From Penicillus capitatus (lineage: Eukaryota > Plantae > Chlorophyta): DNA of 64,000 bases. Of the stretch, positions 46,880 to 59,264 are shown in pieces. The notes under the pieces are model-generated. The model had not been told where the DNA came from. It did no database searches and saw only the letters and a program-made list of their open reading frames with translations. The position numbers were made by a program, and so were the translations under genes. Each line of letters opens with the position of its first letter. Position 1 is the first letter of the stretch. The stretch lies in the NCBI GenBank assembly GCA_965649825.1, contig OZ287696.1, positions 787,101-851,100 on the forward strand, written 5' to 3'.

Positions 46880-49800
46880 TCTTGATTAGTGCATTCCGCG
46901 ATGATTCTCCTGGCTGTGTCGATGGCAGAAGTGCTGAACGAGACCACTTCGACCGGCTACGAGTGCGGTACAACCGAGAAAGCAGTTGGCAATGTTCTTT
47001 CTCAGGCAGTGGACTTGGCGAAGTCCCTAGGATTTGTCGCTCCAGTCCTTGGACACCACTGGGTTTGATTCCTGTCCTCTATTCATCCAAAGAAGAATGT
47101 TTGAATCTATGGATGACTTGATTCTGGAAGGGGATCTTCTTTCATCCACATCTGCGGAACACGTCTATCTACCAGATAGTGTTTCGTTTTATCTCTATGA
47201 ACTGTGCCATCGTTTAGGAGAGTGCGCGTAAAGAGTAGGCTAACCTGGCGATTGCAATCTCCGAGTGTTGGCTGCTAATCACTTGAACAGCCTCGCATCT
47301 GACTGCTTGCATCAGTGTGGACTGACATCTCCTTCCAGAGGAATTGGTAGTCGAAAGAGAAGTCCTGCCACTCCAGCGTGTTGTCTTGTTCACAATGCTC
47401 TGATACTTGGAGGAGAAGCGAGTTTAGTGGGGCGTATGTAATCCTTCCAGTAGAATGTACTCCAGAATGCTTCGACTGACGTGCGTTCATCTGCTCTCTG
47501 GCAGAACAAGATGACGTAGGTACTGTGATTCCCGCTGTGCGATTGCATTGCAGTCTCCACCAGGTGCTGGTAGAACACATGGATGACTGTATCAGGTTAG
47601 CCAGCTTGTCTTGTTTGATGAGAGCAATAGGACATCCAAGGGGACTACTCACAGATGTGCACCATAGCTTCATCACGATAGTTCACCGAATTCCGATGCT
47701 CGATGGAGCTTTCATCTGAATCGAGGTCGCGCCTTCTCAGCGACAGGTTCTGTCGCTCCAAGAGGCCCGAGGATAATAGTTCACCAGGGAAGTCGTTTCG
47801 ATGACCGCAGCTGCAGATGGAGGAATGTGATCTTTCCCACCAGATGTTAAACACAGTTCTTTTGGCCTTCCTCCAATCTGGGTGTCTCGGTTAACAAAAC
47901 GCATTCTGAACAACTGCATCGTCTTCGGATAGCAGAAAAGCTCCCTCCTTCGCCTGACTCACTCACTGTCTTGGAGGAGACCATACAGTTCTCCTCTTTG
48001 TGATGAGTCTGACTTGTGTCATTCAAAGGATGTGTTGGCTGACTTCAAAGGGACGGCATCTCCATGTACTTTGCTGGATGGCTCGGTGAGTTGATGCAGT
48101 CTGCTTCATCCTGGAAGGACTGCTGAATCAATCCAGAGGATCAAGGCTTGTTCTCATCGGACATCTTCATGCTCTTGTTTCGTCCGAGAAGCAATTTCTG
48201 CACGGACTGTATCATGACTGTTCAAAAACCGAGCAGGACTTACTGTAAAGATCCGATAACTGGTTTATTTCGATCACTCTGACCGCGAAGGTTGTGTGTG
48301 CCAGAGTAGGATTCGTGCTCGAATATACATTATTGTCTCTGCCGAGTCACTGGCCCTTGACACTCTTTCTTCGACGAGTGTCAATGTTGCTTCTCCTTGG
48401 TCACTCAAGCATCTGTACTTGGTTGAGATGGTTTATATTCTGCTCATTCGCTGACAGCCGCCAGCACGGCATTAGCTCCGAAATGTCATGACTTGTCGAA
48501 GGATTCCTCGCGTCCAGTTCAACTGAGCTTGCGTAAAGTTGTTTCCGTCTCGGCCGCTCTAGAACCACAAAGGACCTTGAGATTTCGTCAATGGACAGAG
48601 ATCAACTAACTGTGCGTGTGCCATTCGGGCATGCAGAACTGATCTTGTTCGATGACGTCTTCTGTGTGTTGTGAGCAATCTTGAGTTGTCCCCTCGACGA
48701 GGCAGCACCTAAAACCAAATGCTCGGAAGGGAAGAGACATTGCAGAACAGCACATTTAGATTGATGCACGGCCAAGTATCCATGGAAGAGCACGTTCGAA
48801 GGACCAATCTTCGAGCAGTGAACTCTCTCCTCAAATCTCACTCCGACCCAACACTCTGACGTGTTCGTGTTCTGTTGGGAGTAGCTGGGCGGACTGCCGA
48901 TTTCAGAACTTGTCTCAGCTTCTCGATCCTCTATGGGGAATGTGGAAGAGTGTCCCTGTCTTCGTCGAGTGCATGATGATCGCATGTCTCTTATCCTATG
49001 AGGAAGTCTAGCCGCAGCGAAATCGGCAGCAATGCCTACTTGAGCGTAAGGAAGGCGTTTTCCCAAGCCGGGTCCCATCATTTGAGATCACTCCAATGCT
49101 TCCTCCTTCCATCCAATTGGCGTCTCGGCACAAAATCATTCGTCTGTCCCGAGTCAGATGGGAAAGATTGGCTCATGTCGTGAATCTGTCACTCAATCTC
49201 CGCTGGTGCTGTTGTGCATGCACTCTTGAATCTCATGTTCTGTATCGCGAAAATGCGGCCAAGATCTGGAAGACAGAGGTGCTGCCAGATTCTTCATTTT
49301 GTCGGCCGAGCTCGTATGCCTGCGGTTTGTTTTTTGCTCGATGTCTACCAGGACAGACACACTCCTTCGCAGAGAATGCTCCATCTCATCTCTGCATGGA
49401 CAATGAGAGTGTCCAGAGGTGAAAGAGTGCAAAATGGACGAACCTGGCCCAAGCATTCTTCGAAAGGTGATTGTTGCATTCTGCTACCAAACTGGAGACG
49501 TATATGATCGACCATGCAGTTCCAGTCCAGCACTCGTATCACTAATCGACTGTCTCATTGGAGTGGCATTCCTCCTTCCTAATGTCAGGTACTGAGTGAT
49601 GCGCGGGTAATGAAGCCTCGGGTTGTCAGACGGTGCGATTGCATCCACAGTCTGTCGAGACTTGGAGGAATGATAGTCTGGCTGAGTGGCGAGAGTCCAT
49701 CTCCAGGTCGAGTGGCCACCGATGTCCATCAAAAGGCATCCTTATTCTGACAGATCATGATCAAGCGGGCACTAAGGTTTCAAATATAAGCAAACCTCAT

Positions 49801-50450
49801 CGAAGGTGCATTTCCACTCGCAGGTCAGTCGACATGGACAGACGGGCACTGTAGATGATACTGACATGTCTTTGTGGTCTTCTGATACCGAGACCACAAA
49901 TTATTCACGGAGGTACGGGACAGAGTGTCAACATGCCAATCTCTTTGCTTCGATGCTTGAGGAAGTCCTTGTTTGTACCGACAGACGTCTAGCCTTCTCT
50001 GTAACAACTTTCTTATTTTGAAAAGGCCTGAGGAATAGCGTTATCCATGAGACTCGTTTCAATGACCGCACCTGTGTGATAGAGAATCGTTGTCATGTCA
50101 TCCAGGCTCCCTAAGATGTGCTTTCCAGATGCATTTGAAAAGAACTGTATGCCAGTTAGCAGAAAGGATTCTGGGCAGGTGAGGCATCTCCAGACTGAGA
50201 ATGAGTTTTCTCTTGTTGCAAGCTATTACTTGCACAAGCGATCCAGTCCTCTGCTGGGTGCTAAATAGACATCCTTGATGCTAAAAGGTCTTCCATTGAT
50301 TTCGTTGGCAGCAAGCCTCACTGTATCGGCTGGATTTTGAGACTCTGGCGCGATAAATTGCTTCATCCAGGCACATCTCGGACAAACTGGGATAATTGAT
50401 CCATGCAGACTTTGGTGAGGGTGCTTTCCAGAATCCTTTGCTGTACTTCA
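46880..50450 (-). mobile_element. decayed APE-RT LINE relic, copy 2, preceded by an extra RT-region fragment (~49760-50450)
   Basis: Ordered degenerate motifs IRVLDWNC (49542), DTLIVHAE (49410), IAADF (49033), FPSEH (48733), VEAFW...IRAL (47475-47400), FAD (47160, frameshifted), GQESNPVVSK (47065), CFLG (46985). Confidence 0.55.
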
Positions 50451-50990
50451 GCACGAGTTAGCATTGCCTCCATCCAGACAGCAAACAGCGAATCAGACGG
50501 TGACAGCCTCAAAAGTACAAAACACCAGATAGAACCATGATATCATCCATCCACAGTAAGATAGCAAATTGAAGAACGACAGCCTCCAGACAGCCCAATA
50601 GATCACAACCATGACAGCAGCCTTCATGTAACAAATAGCAAACTGGCTATGGCTGACAGAATCCAGGCAACGCAATGGCAGATCAGACCGTGATATGCTC
50701 CATCCACAGTAAGATAGTAATTCGGCCGATGACAACCGCCAACAGCATAATAGTAGATCAAAGCTATGACAGCCTCCGTGCAGCAAAATCAACCACAACA
50801 GCCTCTATGCAGTAAAACGGCAAATCAGATGATAACAGCCTCCACCCAGAGCAAGCCAGCAATAAACACTCAAGTCTCCACAGCCAAAAAGATTATAAAC
50901 AAGCCAACCACAACAAAGCGAAGGTGGATTGGCAGGAAAACGGCAAAGACAGAAAACAGCCCCATAACTTTTTATTTTTTTCATTTTTTA

Positions 50991-51082
50991 GGTCACACTT
51001 TGCAGAGTGTGACCTCATTATTTATTTTTTTTTGTTTTTTAATTTTTTCTCAGAAAAATATCACACAGAAAAAGTGTGATAT
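50991..51082. other. TCACAC/GTGTGA dyad pair in AT-rich island, copy 2
   Basis: GGTCACACT-TTGCAG-AGTGTGACC and ATATCACAC-AGAAAAA-GTGTGATAT. Confidence 0.85.
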
Positions 51083-51922
51083 GTGTGAAAATAAAATTCT
51101 TTATTTTTTTAAAATTTCCTGCCCCCTAGAAAACAGCTTGTAGAAAGGTGAGGGAAAAGACCCTCACAGAGAGAAATCGGGGATAAAAACCTACACACAA
51201 AGCAACACTAGGAAAGAATAGAAAAGGAAATAAACTTACACATTCCCCGGAGAGGAAGGTGGGGCGTGGTGGGATGGCACCTGGACGGGCGTGGAAGGAA
51301 AACAAGGAGGGACGGGGAGGGAAAGGAGGTGGATAAGAGGGGACAGAAAAAAGGTAAGGACGGGGAGGAAGCAAAGGGTGCCGAAGGGAATATTTAAAAA
51401 CCCGTGGCCAAATTGGCGGACGGGAGGAAGGGAGGGAGAGGAAGAAGGGCCGAGAAGGAATGAGGGGAGGAGGAGTCGCGGGAATGCAATAGACATGTGG
51501 GCGCGGGGGAAAGAGAGGAGGCCGATCAGGCTGTGGAGAGGGGGGTGAAAGGATGGGCTGCGGCGTGGTGGGACACGGGGACCATTGCATGTAGGACGGA
51601 GACAGGGGCTGAGGCTGGCAGGTCGCAGGATTGGCAGGCTGCTGGACCACAGGAGGCTGGACATGCTGCTGGGAGAGAGGCTCATGTGACTGCTGCGCTG
51701 TCGAAGGAGCGGGGCAGGGTGGCTGAGCGGCCGGAGGCGGATTGCACGGAGGATCGTGTATTTGTGCCTACAAACGCAAACCTGTCAAGATATTGTGGAT
51801 GGACGAGATGCGTGCTTACCTCTCCGCCTCCTACGTCCATGGAGGATCGGCCCTCTTGGGCCAGTCGCTCTCTCCTCTCCTGGGCTGAGAGGACCCTTGC
51901 CCGCCGTTGGGGCCGAGGCTGC

Positions 51923-52032
51923 TCGGTTTGGCCCCTATTGGGGCCGAACCGAACAGGAGGGGCCTGCTGCCGTAGCAGATCCTGGCCCCTCTGAGCGGTT
52001 GTCTGGGCCTTTAAGGCCCAGAACAACTGCTC
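51923..52032. other. cluster of three GC-rich hairpins, copy 2
   Basis: Only 4 differences from copy 1 over 132 nt. Confidence 0.8.
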
Positions 52033-52997
52033 ACGCTCGGCCGCGGCCATGCCCCTGAAGGCCCTGGGCGGCTGATTGCCCAGGACCTCCTGCAGCGTCA
52101 CCTGAGAAAAGCTAAAGGACACACAGAGAGTTAGTACATCAGCAGTGTGACGAATCCTGGAGAAAAAAGACGTAGTATCAATGCGCCAAAGACCAAAACA
52201 GGAAAGAAAGATGCGTCTCGAAAAACAGAATGACAGTTGCGTTCCCGTGAGCATGCAAGCGTGAATGAAAGGGTAGGAGCTGAACGACTGTATTTGGATT
52301 GAAGGCGTTTATATGGCAGACGAAGAGCTCTGTGGCGTGCAGCGCGTCGACGTATTGCTACGAGACTCACGGTTTTCCTGGGTATCCGTAATCAGCTTCT
52401 GATGTCATGTGAGAATCCGCCATCGTCGAAATCGCTAGAAAAACCGAAAACTCAGGAAAACCGAGTGGGCGTAAAGGCCAGCGACAGGACTCTTAAAAGC
52501 CGCCTCGGTTGTGCTCAGCGGCAGGCGGGCGGAGGATAGGAACAGCGACCGTTTGGGGGCGGCTGCATGCTCCGGCTGGCGAAGAGATGGCCGCCCGAGG
52601 GCCAGAAACGCAGAATGCTGTCGTCGGGACGCGAGACGCGAACCAGAGAGTGCTTTTAGATGCTCGGAAGACAGTTTTACAGGTGAGATTGTCTACAGTT
52701 TGTCGGTATTCTCTCCTCTAGGTGTAACCCGCATGCGTTTCCGCAGCCGTTTGAGGGAAAATCTCCGAACGGTGAACAGTTTGAGTCGGCTCGGCGTTGC
52801 CTGAGCGGAGCTATGAGGCAGGCGTTCTTCCTAGCGGAAGCGGCACGGACTCTTCGCCACGGCGGCTATCTGTTTCGGAAGCTTCTGCCGAGAACGCCGT
52901 CGAGAGAGTGCATTGCGTTGGTTTAACGCATATCGTTTTCGGAAGTTGTCGATGCATCAACTCCCTCGAACATGGAAGGCAGATGAGAACGACCGGC

Positions 52998-53335
52998 TTT
53001 CTGCGGCGACCAGACGAGCTACAGCTTGGTGTGTAAGAGACGCTTAACACAGAGATCGAGAACAGGACAAGGGGTTTGGGTTGAGATTCCGTCCTTCTTT
53101 CTTGGCGACTGCTTATTCTTTCGAGCGATCCTCTCTCGAACATTTCTTAAACAAAGATCCCTTTTCACAAATCGGCAGGATCCAGCACTGGCAGCGTCCG
53201 TGCAAAACAGAAGGGAGCGTTAGCAAAGTAGCACGTTTCGTTGACGGTCTTCGCCTTCGGCAGATTCTTGTGAAGACAGCCTGGGATGAGAGATGAAACC
53301 GATGCGGCCGCGATCGTCGCAGTCTTCAGCAGTCC
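52998..53335 (+). repeat. right copy of ~340-bp direct repeat (decayed oxidoreductase 3' end plus intact TFIIIC 3' end)
   Basis: Reads RPDELQLGV*ETLNTEIENRTRGLG*DSVLLSW versus the real gene QPDEPHIAALKTLNREIKDRIRGLGLDSVLLPW*. Confidence 0.85.
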
Positions 53336-56300
53336 GTGCTTCGTCATCGTCCGTAACAGGTCCGTGGCACTCTGGACACTGCAGTAGCCGAGTGCAGAGA
53401 CCAGGTCCCCCTCGGAAATGCCTGCAGCCAGCACCATTCAGTGGACAATGCGTGTACGAGGGCGATCCTCACCCGGGCGTTCGAGCACAGTTGACAGCAC
53501 GTGCTGCTGCATCTTCCTCAGCAGGTCGTCGTGGACGCGGCCGCTGTGATCTCTCCACGGACGGATCGGAATGCATCGGCAGGTTGCTTGAGGGTCGCTC
53601 GACTGCGGCAGCTCGAAGAAGAACCGCCGACTGGTTTCCTTAGTGAAGTAGTGCGCTCCGTCGCTTCCCTGAACGCAGCGAACCGATCCCGTGGCACACA
53701 GGCTGTCCATGGCGCGTCCGATGTCTCCAGCGTCGGCTTGCAGTGCACCCAGTCGTATCAGCGCCTCCTCGAGGCGTGCTTGCGAGATGCCCTCCTCTCC
53801 CGAGTCCTCGACGACCTCCGCAGCCGTTCTGAGGACCACCGGGAGGTCGCGGCCCGAACGCGTTTGCGGAGTCTCTGCGCCCGAGGTGTGACAGACATCC
53901 GTCGCTTCCCCGTCTGGCGGACCCCCGTCCGTCCGTTCGTCCATCTCCGACTCCCTGAGGAGCTCCGAGAAGGTTTTCCTCGCTCCTTCCCTCCTCTTGT
54001 GTGCCTGTTTGCCGTTCCCGGGAGACTGGGACGCTGGAAGGGAGACCTTGACGTGAACGCACTCCTCTGGCATCTCCTCGACATCGGTGTCCCGCATGAC
54101 CTCGACGCCCTCCGTTGAGAGCGTCACACTCTCGGCGACAACGGCCGACAGAAGAGCCAACAGGGCCCCAACGGAGAGACCGCGCTCGTGACAATCGGTG
54201 ATCGATCGAACACCTGCCGATGCTTGGGCATCTGTCAGCGCCTTCGCCTCCTTCTGGGCATCTTCCCGCGCTTCCGACGACAGCCAGGCGCCGCCGATCC
54301 TCTTCTTGAACGCGGGGGAGAGGCTCATCGGATATCTCACGTTGCCCGCACTGATCCAGCCGTGTTGGTACAAGACGCCCAACGCCGTCCGGAGTTCCTC
54401 GTCCTGCAGGAAGGCAGACTGTCGAACTGACGCGAGATCGTGTCGCGGGACCTTGAATCTGTCCGTCAGCTCCTTGACCATGTCGCTCGTCATGTGCCTG
54501 TTGTTGTGTGCCGCATACAGGCAGGAGATGATGAAGTCCTTGGCGACCGACCCCGGGAAAGACGTTGCCGTGTCGGCGACCCTCAGATCTTCTCTCCTCA
54601 TGCGAAACCCGACGTTCTTCGTCCTCCTGTCCACCCCGACCACGGAAGAGCTCTGCAGAGAAGCAGAGACCTCGCTTTCTCTCGGACGCTGTGGATCAGG
54701 CACGCACCAGGTCGACGAACTCGGGAAGGGGGCGGGACCGACATGTGGATGAAGGCGCCGACGGCCGCTCCGTCTGAACGACACACACGCGTCTCATTCC
54801 TCTGTCTGCCCTTATACAGACCGACCTCCTTCTTGAACATGCGTGGCCCCTTCTCGGCGATCTCCAGCACAATCTCCTTCATTCTCCGAATCAGCTCCCG
54901 GTCCTCTTCCTCGCACGTCTGAAGCGAACGTCGCTCGGCGGACGGCCGTCGCCGTCGAGGGGACTGTGTTTCACCTGGAGAAGGACGTCGAGGATGTTCA
55001 TCCCCTTGTACTGCGTCATGACGACAAAGGGATTCAGGTGGAAGACCTCCATCCCGACCACCTCGGTCTTCCTGACGCCATCTTCGCCTTCATCCGCCTT
55101 CGTCTCGTCCGGCAGACCGGAACTCGCTCCACGCTTCCTCTTGAGCATCGCCTGCGAAGAGGACCCCTCGTGAACCACAAGACGGTTCGGATCCTTCGAT
55201 GCCACGACGCGGTTCCATCTCTGCTGGTAGACCCTGCCGGTGACGTCCTCCAGATCCGCGAACAGATTGCACAGATGTGGCTGCTTCTGCAGATAACGCA
55301 GTCGCCGTTTGCACTAGAACCACAGAGATCGTCTGCCGTCTTCGTGATCGCGAGAGATCACTCGATGCAAAGCGGTCGTCGATGAACCCCCGGGCAGTCC
55401 GACCATGGCCGTCCACCGCGCGCCGGACTTCGTCGGCTTCGAGGAGGCCAGCCAGGCGTAGTACCCGCTGAGCAAGTCGACGTCTTCCCCCCTGTACCAG
55501 TAGCCCGTCCGCAGCTTCTCCTCCTTTGACCTCCTCAGCCACTCCAGATCCGTCCCGCGTCGCACGCTCGACTCGCTCTCCACTCCGGAGACCGCATCTC
55601 CCGTCCTGCGCACAGCGTGAAGCGAGAGGTCGGTGGCAGAGAAGGACGGGCACCTCCTGGCGAGCCTCTTCGGTCTCTTGTGTTTCGGCTTCCTGGCAGC
55701 TCGAGGTGCGGCTCTGCCGCGCCTTCTCCTTTTCTTGGTCTCCTTCGGTTCTCTGGCGGCCTTCAGCGATCTCTTGCGGCATCGATCGCGGTTCAGTCGC
55801 ACCACCTGCTGGTAGGCGACATTCATCTTCTTGGCGATGTCCCTGCACTTCTCCCAGTCGAGAGGATCCATGTCGTCCATCAGCTCCTGGAGCGTCAGCC
55901 ACTTGGACGTCGTCATCGTCTTCGGGCTGAACCAGTTGCCGATGACGCACACCTCCGACGCCACGGCAGCCGGAAAGCAGGACTCCATCAGCTGACGGTG
56001 CTGCGAGAACACGAACTCCAATCGCATCCAGTAAGCTTCGAGGCCCTCCGCCGTGTCGAGGCCGCAGCGAACGTACCGCCGTTGGGTCGGATTCGATCCG
56101 TCGACTGCGTCGGGCTCCTCGATGATGCCTAGAAACGCGGTTCTGTAGACTGTCCTTCGTCTACGGAGTCACAGAGAGAGACCTGTGTCGTGTGCGATGA
56201 ACCTCGAGGATTCCAGCAGCCCCGCCCCGCTCGCGTTCGCGGCGACGCTGCCCTCGATCAGCTGCAGACGGCAGAGGAGGTCGAGCAGATCCGCCAGTCG

Positions 56301-59199
56301 GTTCCGGGACAGACGGTCAACGAGGAGCTCGAGCTCCTCCGGCGTTACCTGGTCCATGCGGCGATCGCGGCGAGAGATGGACTCGATCGAGTCAGGCTCC
56401 TTGCTCGTCCCCACCACCTGGAGATAGAGGTCGACCGGAAACGAGTCCCAGAGCTGCCGAGGGGTGAAGGCGTAGTCCCACCGCGAACAGTGGACGTCCT
56501 CCATCGACCCCTCCTCCAGGGACACCTCTTCTCTCTTGGCGACGATCGCGTGTCTGGCGAAGCGATAGGTCTTGGACTCGTCCGGGACGGGGTCGCTGAA
56601 GCCGCTGGTCCTCGAGTTTCTGCCCAGGACGCTGGGAAAGCACGACTCGGCCGCGCCGGTGCTCCCCTCCTCGGCCGCAAAACCGCCGAGGCCCACCAGG
56701 CGGCAGACGTGGTGATGCAGCAGCTTCGCCCGCGTCATCTTGGCGTTGATGAAACCGTTCTTGTGGATCTGCTGGAAGGCCAGGCCCTGTTCCGTCACTC
56801 CCCCGACCTGCCCCCTGAGCACGGTCGGACGCGGCAGCCGCGTCAGATCGTCCAGGACCGGCAGCGTCTCGCCGCGGGCCTGCTGGAGCTCGGACTGCAC
56901 GTTCAGCAGAGAGCGCTGGCGGCAGGTGGTTGCGAAGACCTCATTGGCCTGGCGGATGTGCCGCAGCACGTCCTCCGTCATCTCCAGGTCGTCCTTGACC
57001 AGAATGTCGACCAGCTTCGGCTCGCCGCCGCTCTTGGTCAGCATGGAGACCTTCATCTTCCGGACCTTCTGCTCGGAGACGAGTCGGTCCACCACCCGGT
57101 CGATCGTCTTGCGATCGGGTCCCTTTCCGACGGGCGCCAGCCCGTGTGTGACCTCGAGGTCCGAGAGGTACGCCTTGACGTGCGCGCGCAGGACGAAGCC
57201 GTCCAACTGGATCTTCTCCCAGAGACGGTGACACCTGAAGTCCGCGCGCGACGACACCAGGTTGGTGGACAGGTAGACCCTGAGCGCCTGCTGCGCGTCC
57301 TCTTCGGGGGTGGAGAGGATCGTGGGTCGCGCGATCGCGTCGGCGGAGGGCAGGTGGTCGACGCAGTCGCGCCAGTCCCGCGCGAACGCCTCTCCGATGA
57401 TGGCCGCGCGCTTCACGGCCATCATCCACCCTCCGGCCGGGGCGGCGACGGTGGGCAGGGCGCTCCGCCTCTCGCGCTCCCTCTGCTCCATCTGTCTCTG
57501 CAGCAGAGCCGCCGGCGCAAAGCACCGATTGACTGAGCTCCTTCCGCAGGACTCCGTCCGAATCTGGATGCCGAACAGCGACTCCATCGCCCTCAGCCGA
57601 TGCATGTTCCGCTTGCTGTTGAGACGGAGCTGTCCGAACAGGTCCTTCGTGCTCACTCCCTGCGGTCCGGCGTCGGCGATCATCTGAAACAGCTGTCGGT
57701 TCAGCGACTGGTCTGTCAGGATGCTGGACTCCGGACCCTTCAGCGCCTCCTCCCTCTCCTGCTGCCTCTGTCGCTCGAGCCACCTGTCGAAGTCCTGAAA
57801 CAAACAGATAGACACAGGACTCCTCGATGCGCATGCGTCGTCGACCTCACTGACCTCGTGTATCAGCTCGAGACAGACGGACGCCTTTCCCTCGACGGAC
57901 GCGACGAAGGACTTGATGAGACGGAGGTCCACCATCTTCTTCTTGAGCCTCCGCCACATGCGGTGTCCCTTGGTGTGGCGGAACCCCAGAGACTGCTTGA
58001 CGTCGTACTCCAGCGCAATTCTGTTCTTCGCCTGCGATATCTTGTCGGAGACCTGTCGCATCCACGAAGCATCGTCGCGCATCCTGTAGGCGCTCTCGTC
58101 TGCCTCGTCCTCTGCCCCGTCGCCCTCCGAATCAGCAACCATCTGACAGGCAATCCGCTGGCCTCCGCTTCGAATACGTGCAGTTCGAGATGACCTTGAA
58201 CGCCTGGAATTGTGTGAGCTTCACATCGGGAGCGAACATGGGAAGGTGGATGATGTTCGTCGCGGAGACGTGGTTGTCGCTCTCCTGTCCCCTGTTCAGA
58301 ATGACCGGATTGCGCACTGCCAGCTGCCTGCCTTCCAGTTGCTGCCAGACACAACCACCAGTGAACCCGATCCAGAGTATCGTGCACGTGCCTTGATGAC
58401 GAAAAAGAAGTTCTTGTGCGCGACGTTGACCGTCCTGGCCAGGTCGGACTGCAGACACCCCTTGCGACGCGACCTGGCAATCTCCTCAAGCGTTTCGATC
58501 TGGTCGCATCACAGACGCCCATCATCCGCCCAGACAGTGACACAAGGACGGGCAAACCTGCTTGTCACTCAACTTGAAGCGAGAGGTCACTGCATCCCGT
58601 ATGCCCAGGAAATGAAAGCGGCAGTGCTCCACGGCCTACAGCACATCTCCAGTGGACTGATCTCACAGTGGAGAGGCATCGAGACGATGAGGGTCGGCAT
58701 GGCTTCTTCCAGGAAGACCAGATCCCTTGTCTTCTCGTGCTGCATGGGCAAGCGAATCTGCTCACCACATCCCTTTGCTCCCGAGCGACGGATGGAGGCA
58801 AAGATCATGGAGGATGTGACCGACCTTTGGTGAGTCTTCCCCGTCACCGTCCTCCTGGGACGCGTCGGGAAGCACCCTGCAGTGTACATAGGGTAGAACA
58901 GTGAACCGGCTGCGACTTCTCACTCGAGCGCTTCGGCGCGTCCTCTCTCTATGAAGACTTCGAAGTCGTCGTGGTGGATGTTGACGAGGGACTTCCATAT
59001 GAGCGTCTTCAGTTCTGTCCCCAGTCGGTGACAGTCGTTGATGGGAAGCTCTTCCTCGAGCAAGCTCCAGAAGCGACTCAGAGAGCAACCTTGCGGCGGA
59101 GCACGCGTTAAGCCTTCGTGCGATAATGCATTCGTCGCACGCACCTCGGCTCCCCTCCAGCGCGATTTGCTTGATCGCCTCGTCGACGAACGCGTCCAT
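53165..59199 (-). CDS. GTF3C1: RNA polymerase III transcription factor TFIIIC large (B-block-binding) subunit
   Basis: N-terminus MDAFVDEAIKQIALEGSRG/CSLSRFWSLL; B-block winged helix LEEIARSRRKGCLQSDLARTVNVAHKNFFFVIK/QLEGRQL; long exons 56169-58142 and 53438-54784; C-terminal exon ends at 53165; several short introns. Confidence 0.8.
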
Positions 59200-59264
59200 C
59201 GCGCAAAGTCGATGCGGGAGGATGACGTCGGGAGCTTGTACGACACGATAACACCGCACCGTCG

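Larger units (their letters stand above)
43462..53000 (+). repeat. segmental duplication, copy 2
   Basis: Colinear with 25989-35250. Confidence 0.88.

Noticed and set aside
46930-47000. CFLGC...RSGLVQHFCHRH read as a zinc finger
   Set aside because: Cys/His residues are absent in the paralog; better explained as RT motif 7 (FxYLG-like)
47034-47231. Plus-strand peptide HVYLPDSVSFYLYELCHRLG reminiscent of the COG1 C-terminus
   Set aside because: Not conserved in frame in the paralog; the minus strand gives an ordered set of LINE motifs instead
55090-58193. Long plus-strand and alternative-frame ORFs (e.g. 56190-57536, 56941-57834, 55090-55950)
   Set aside because: Shadow frames of the GC-rich TFIIIC coding sequence with no independent motifs
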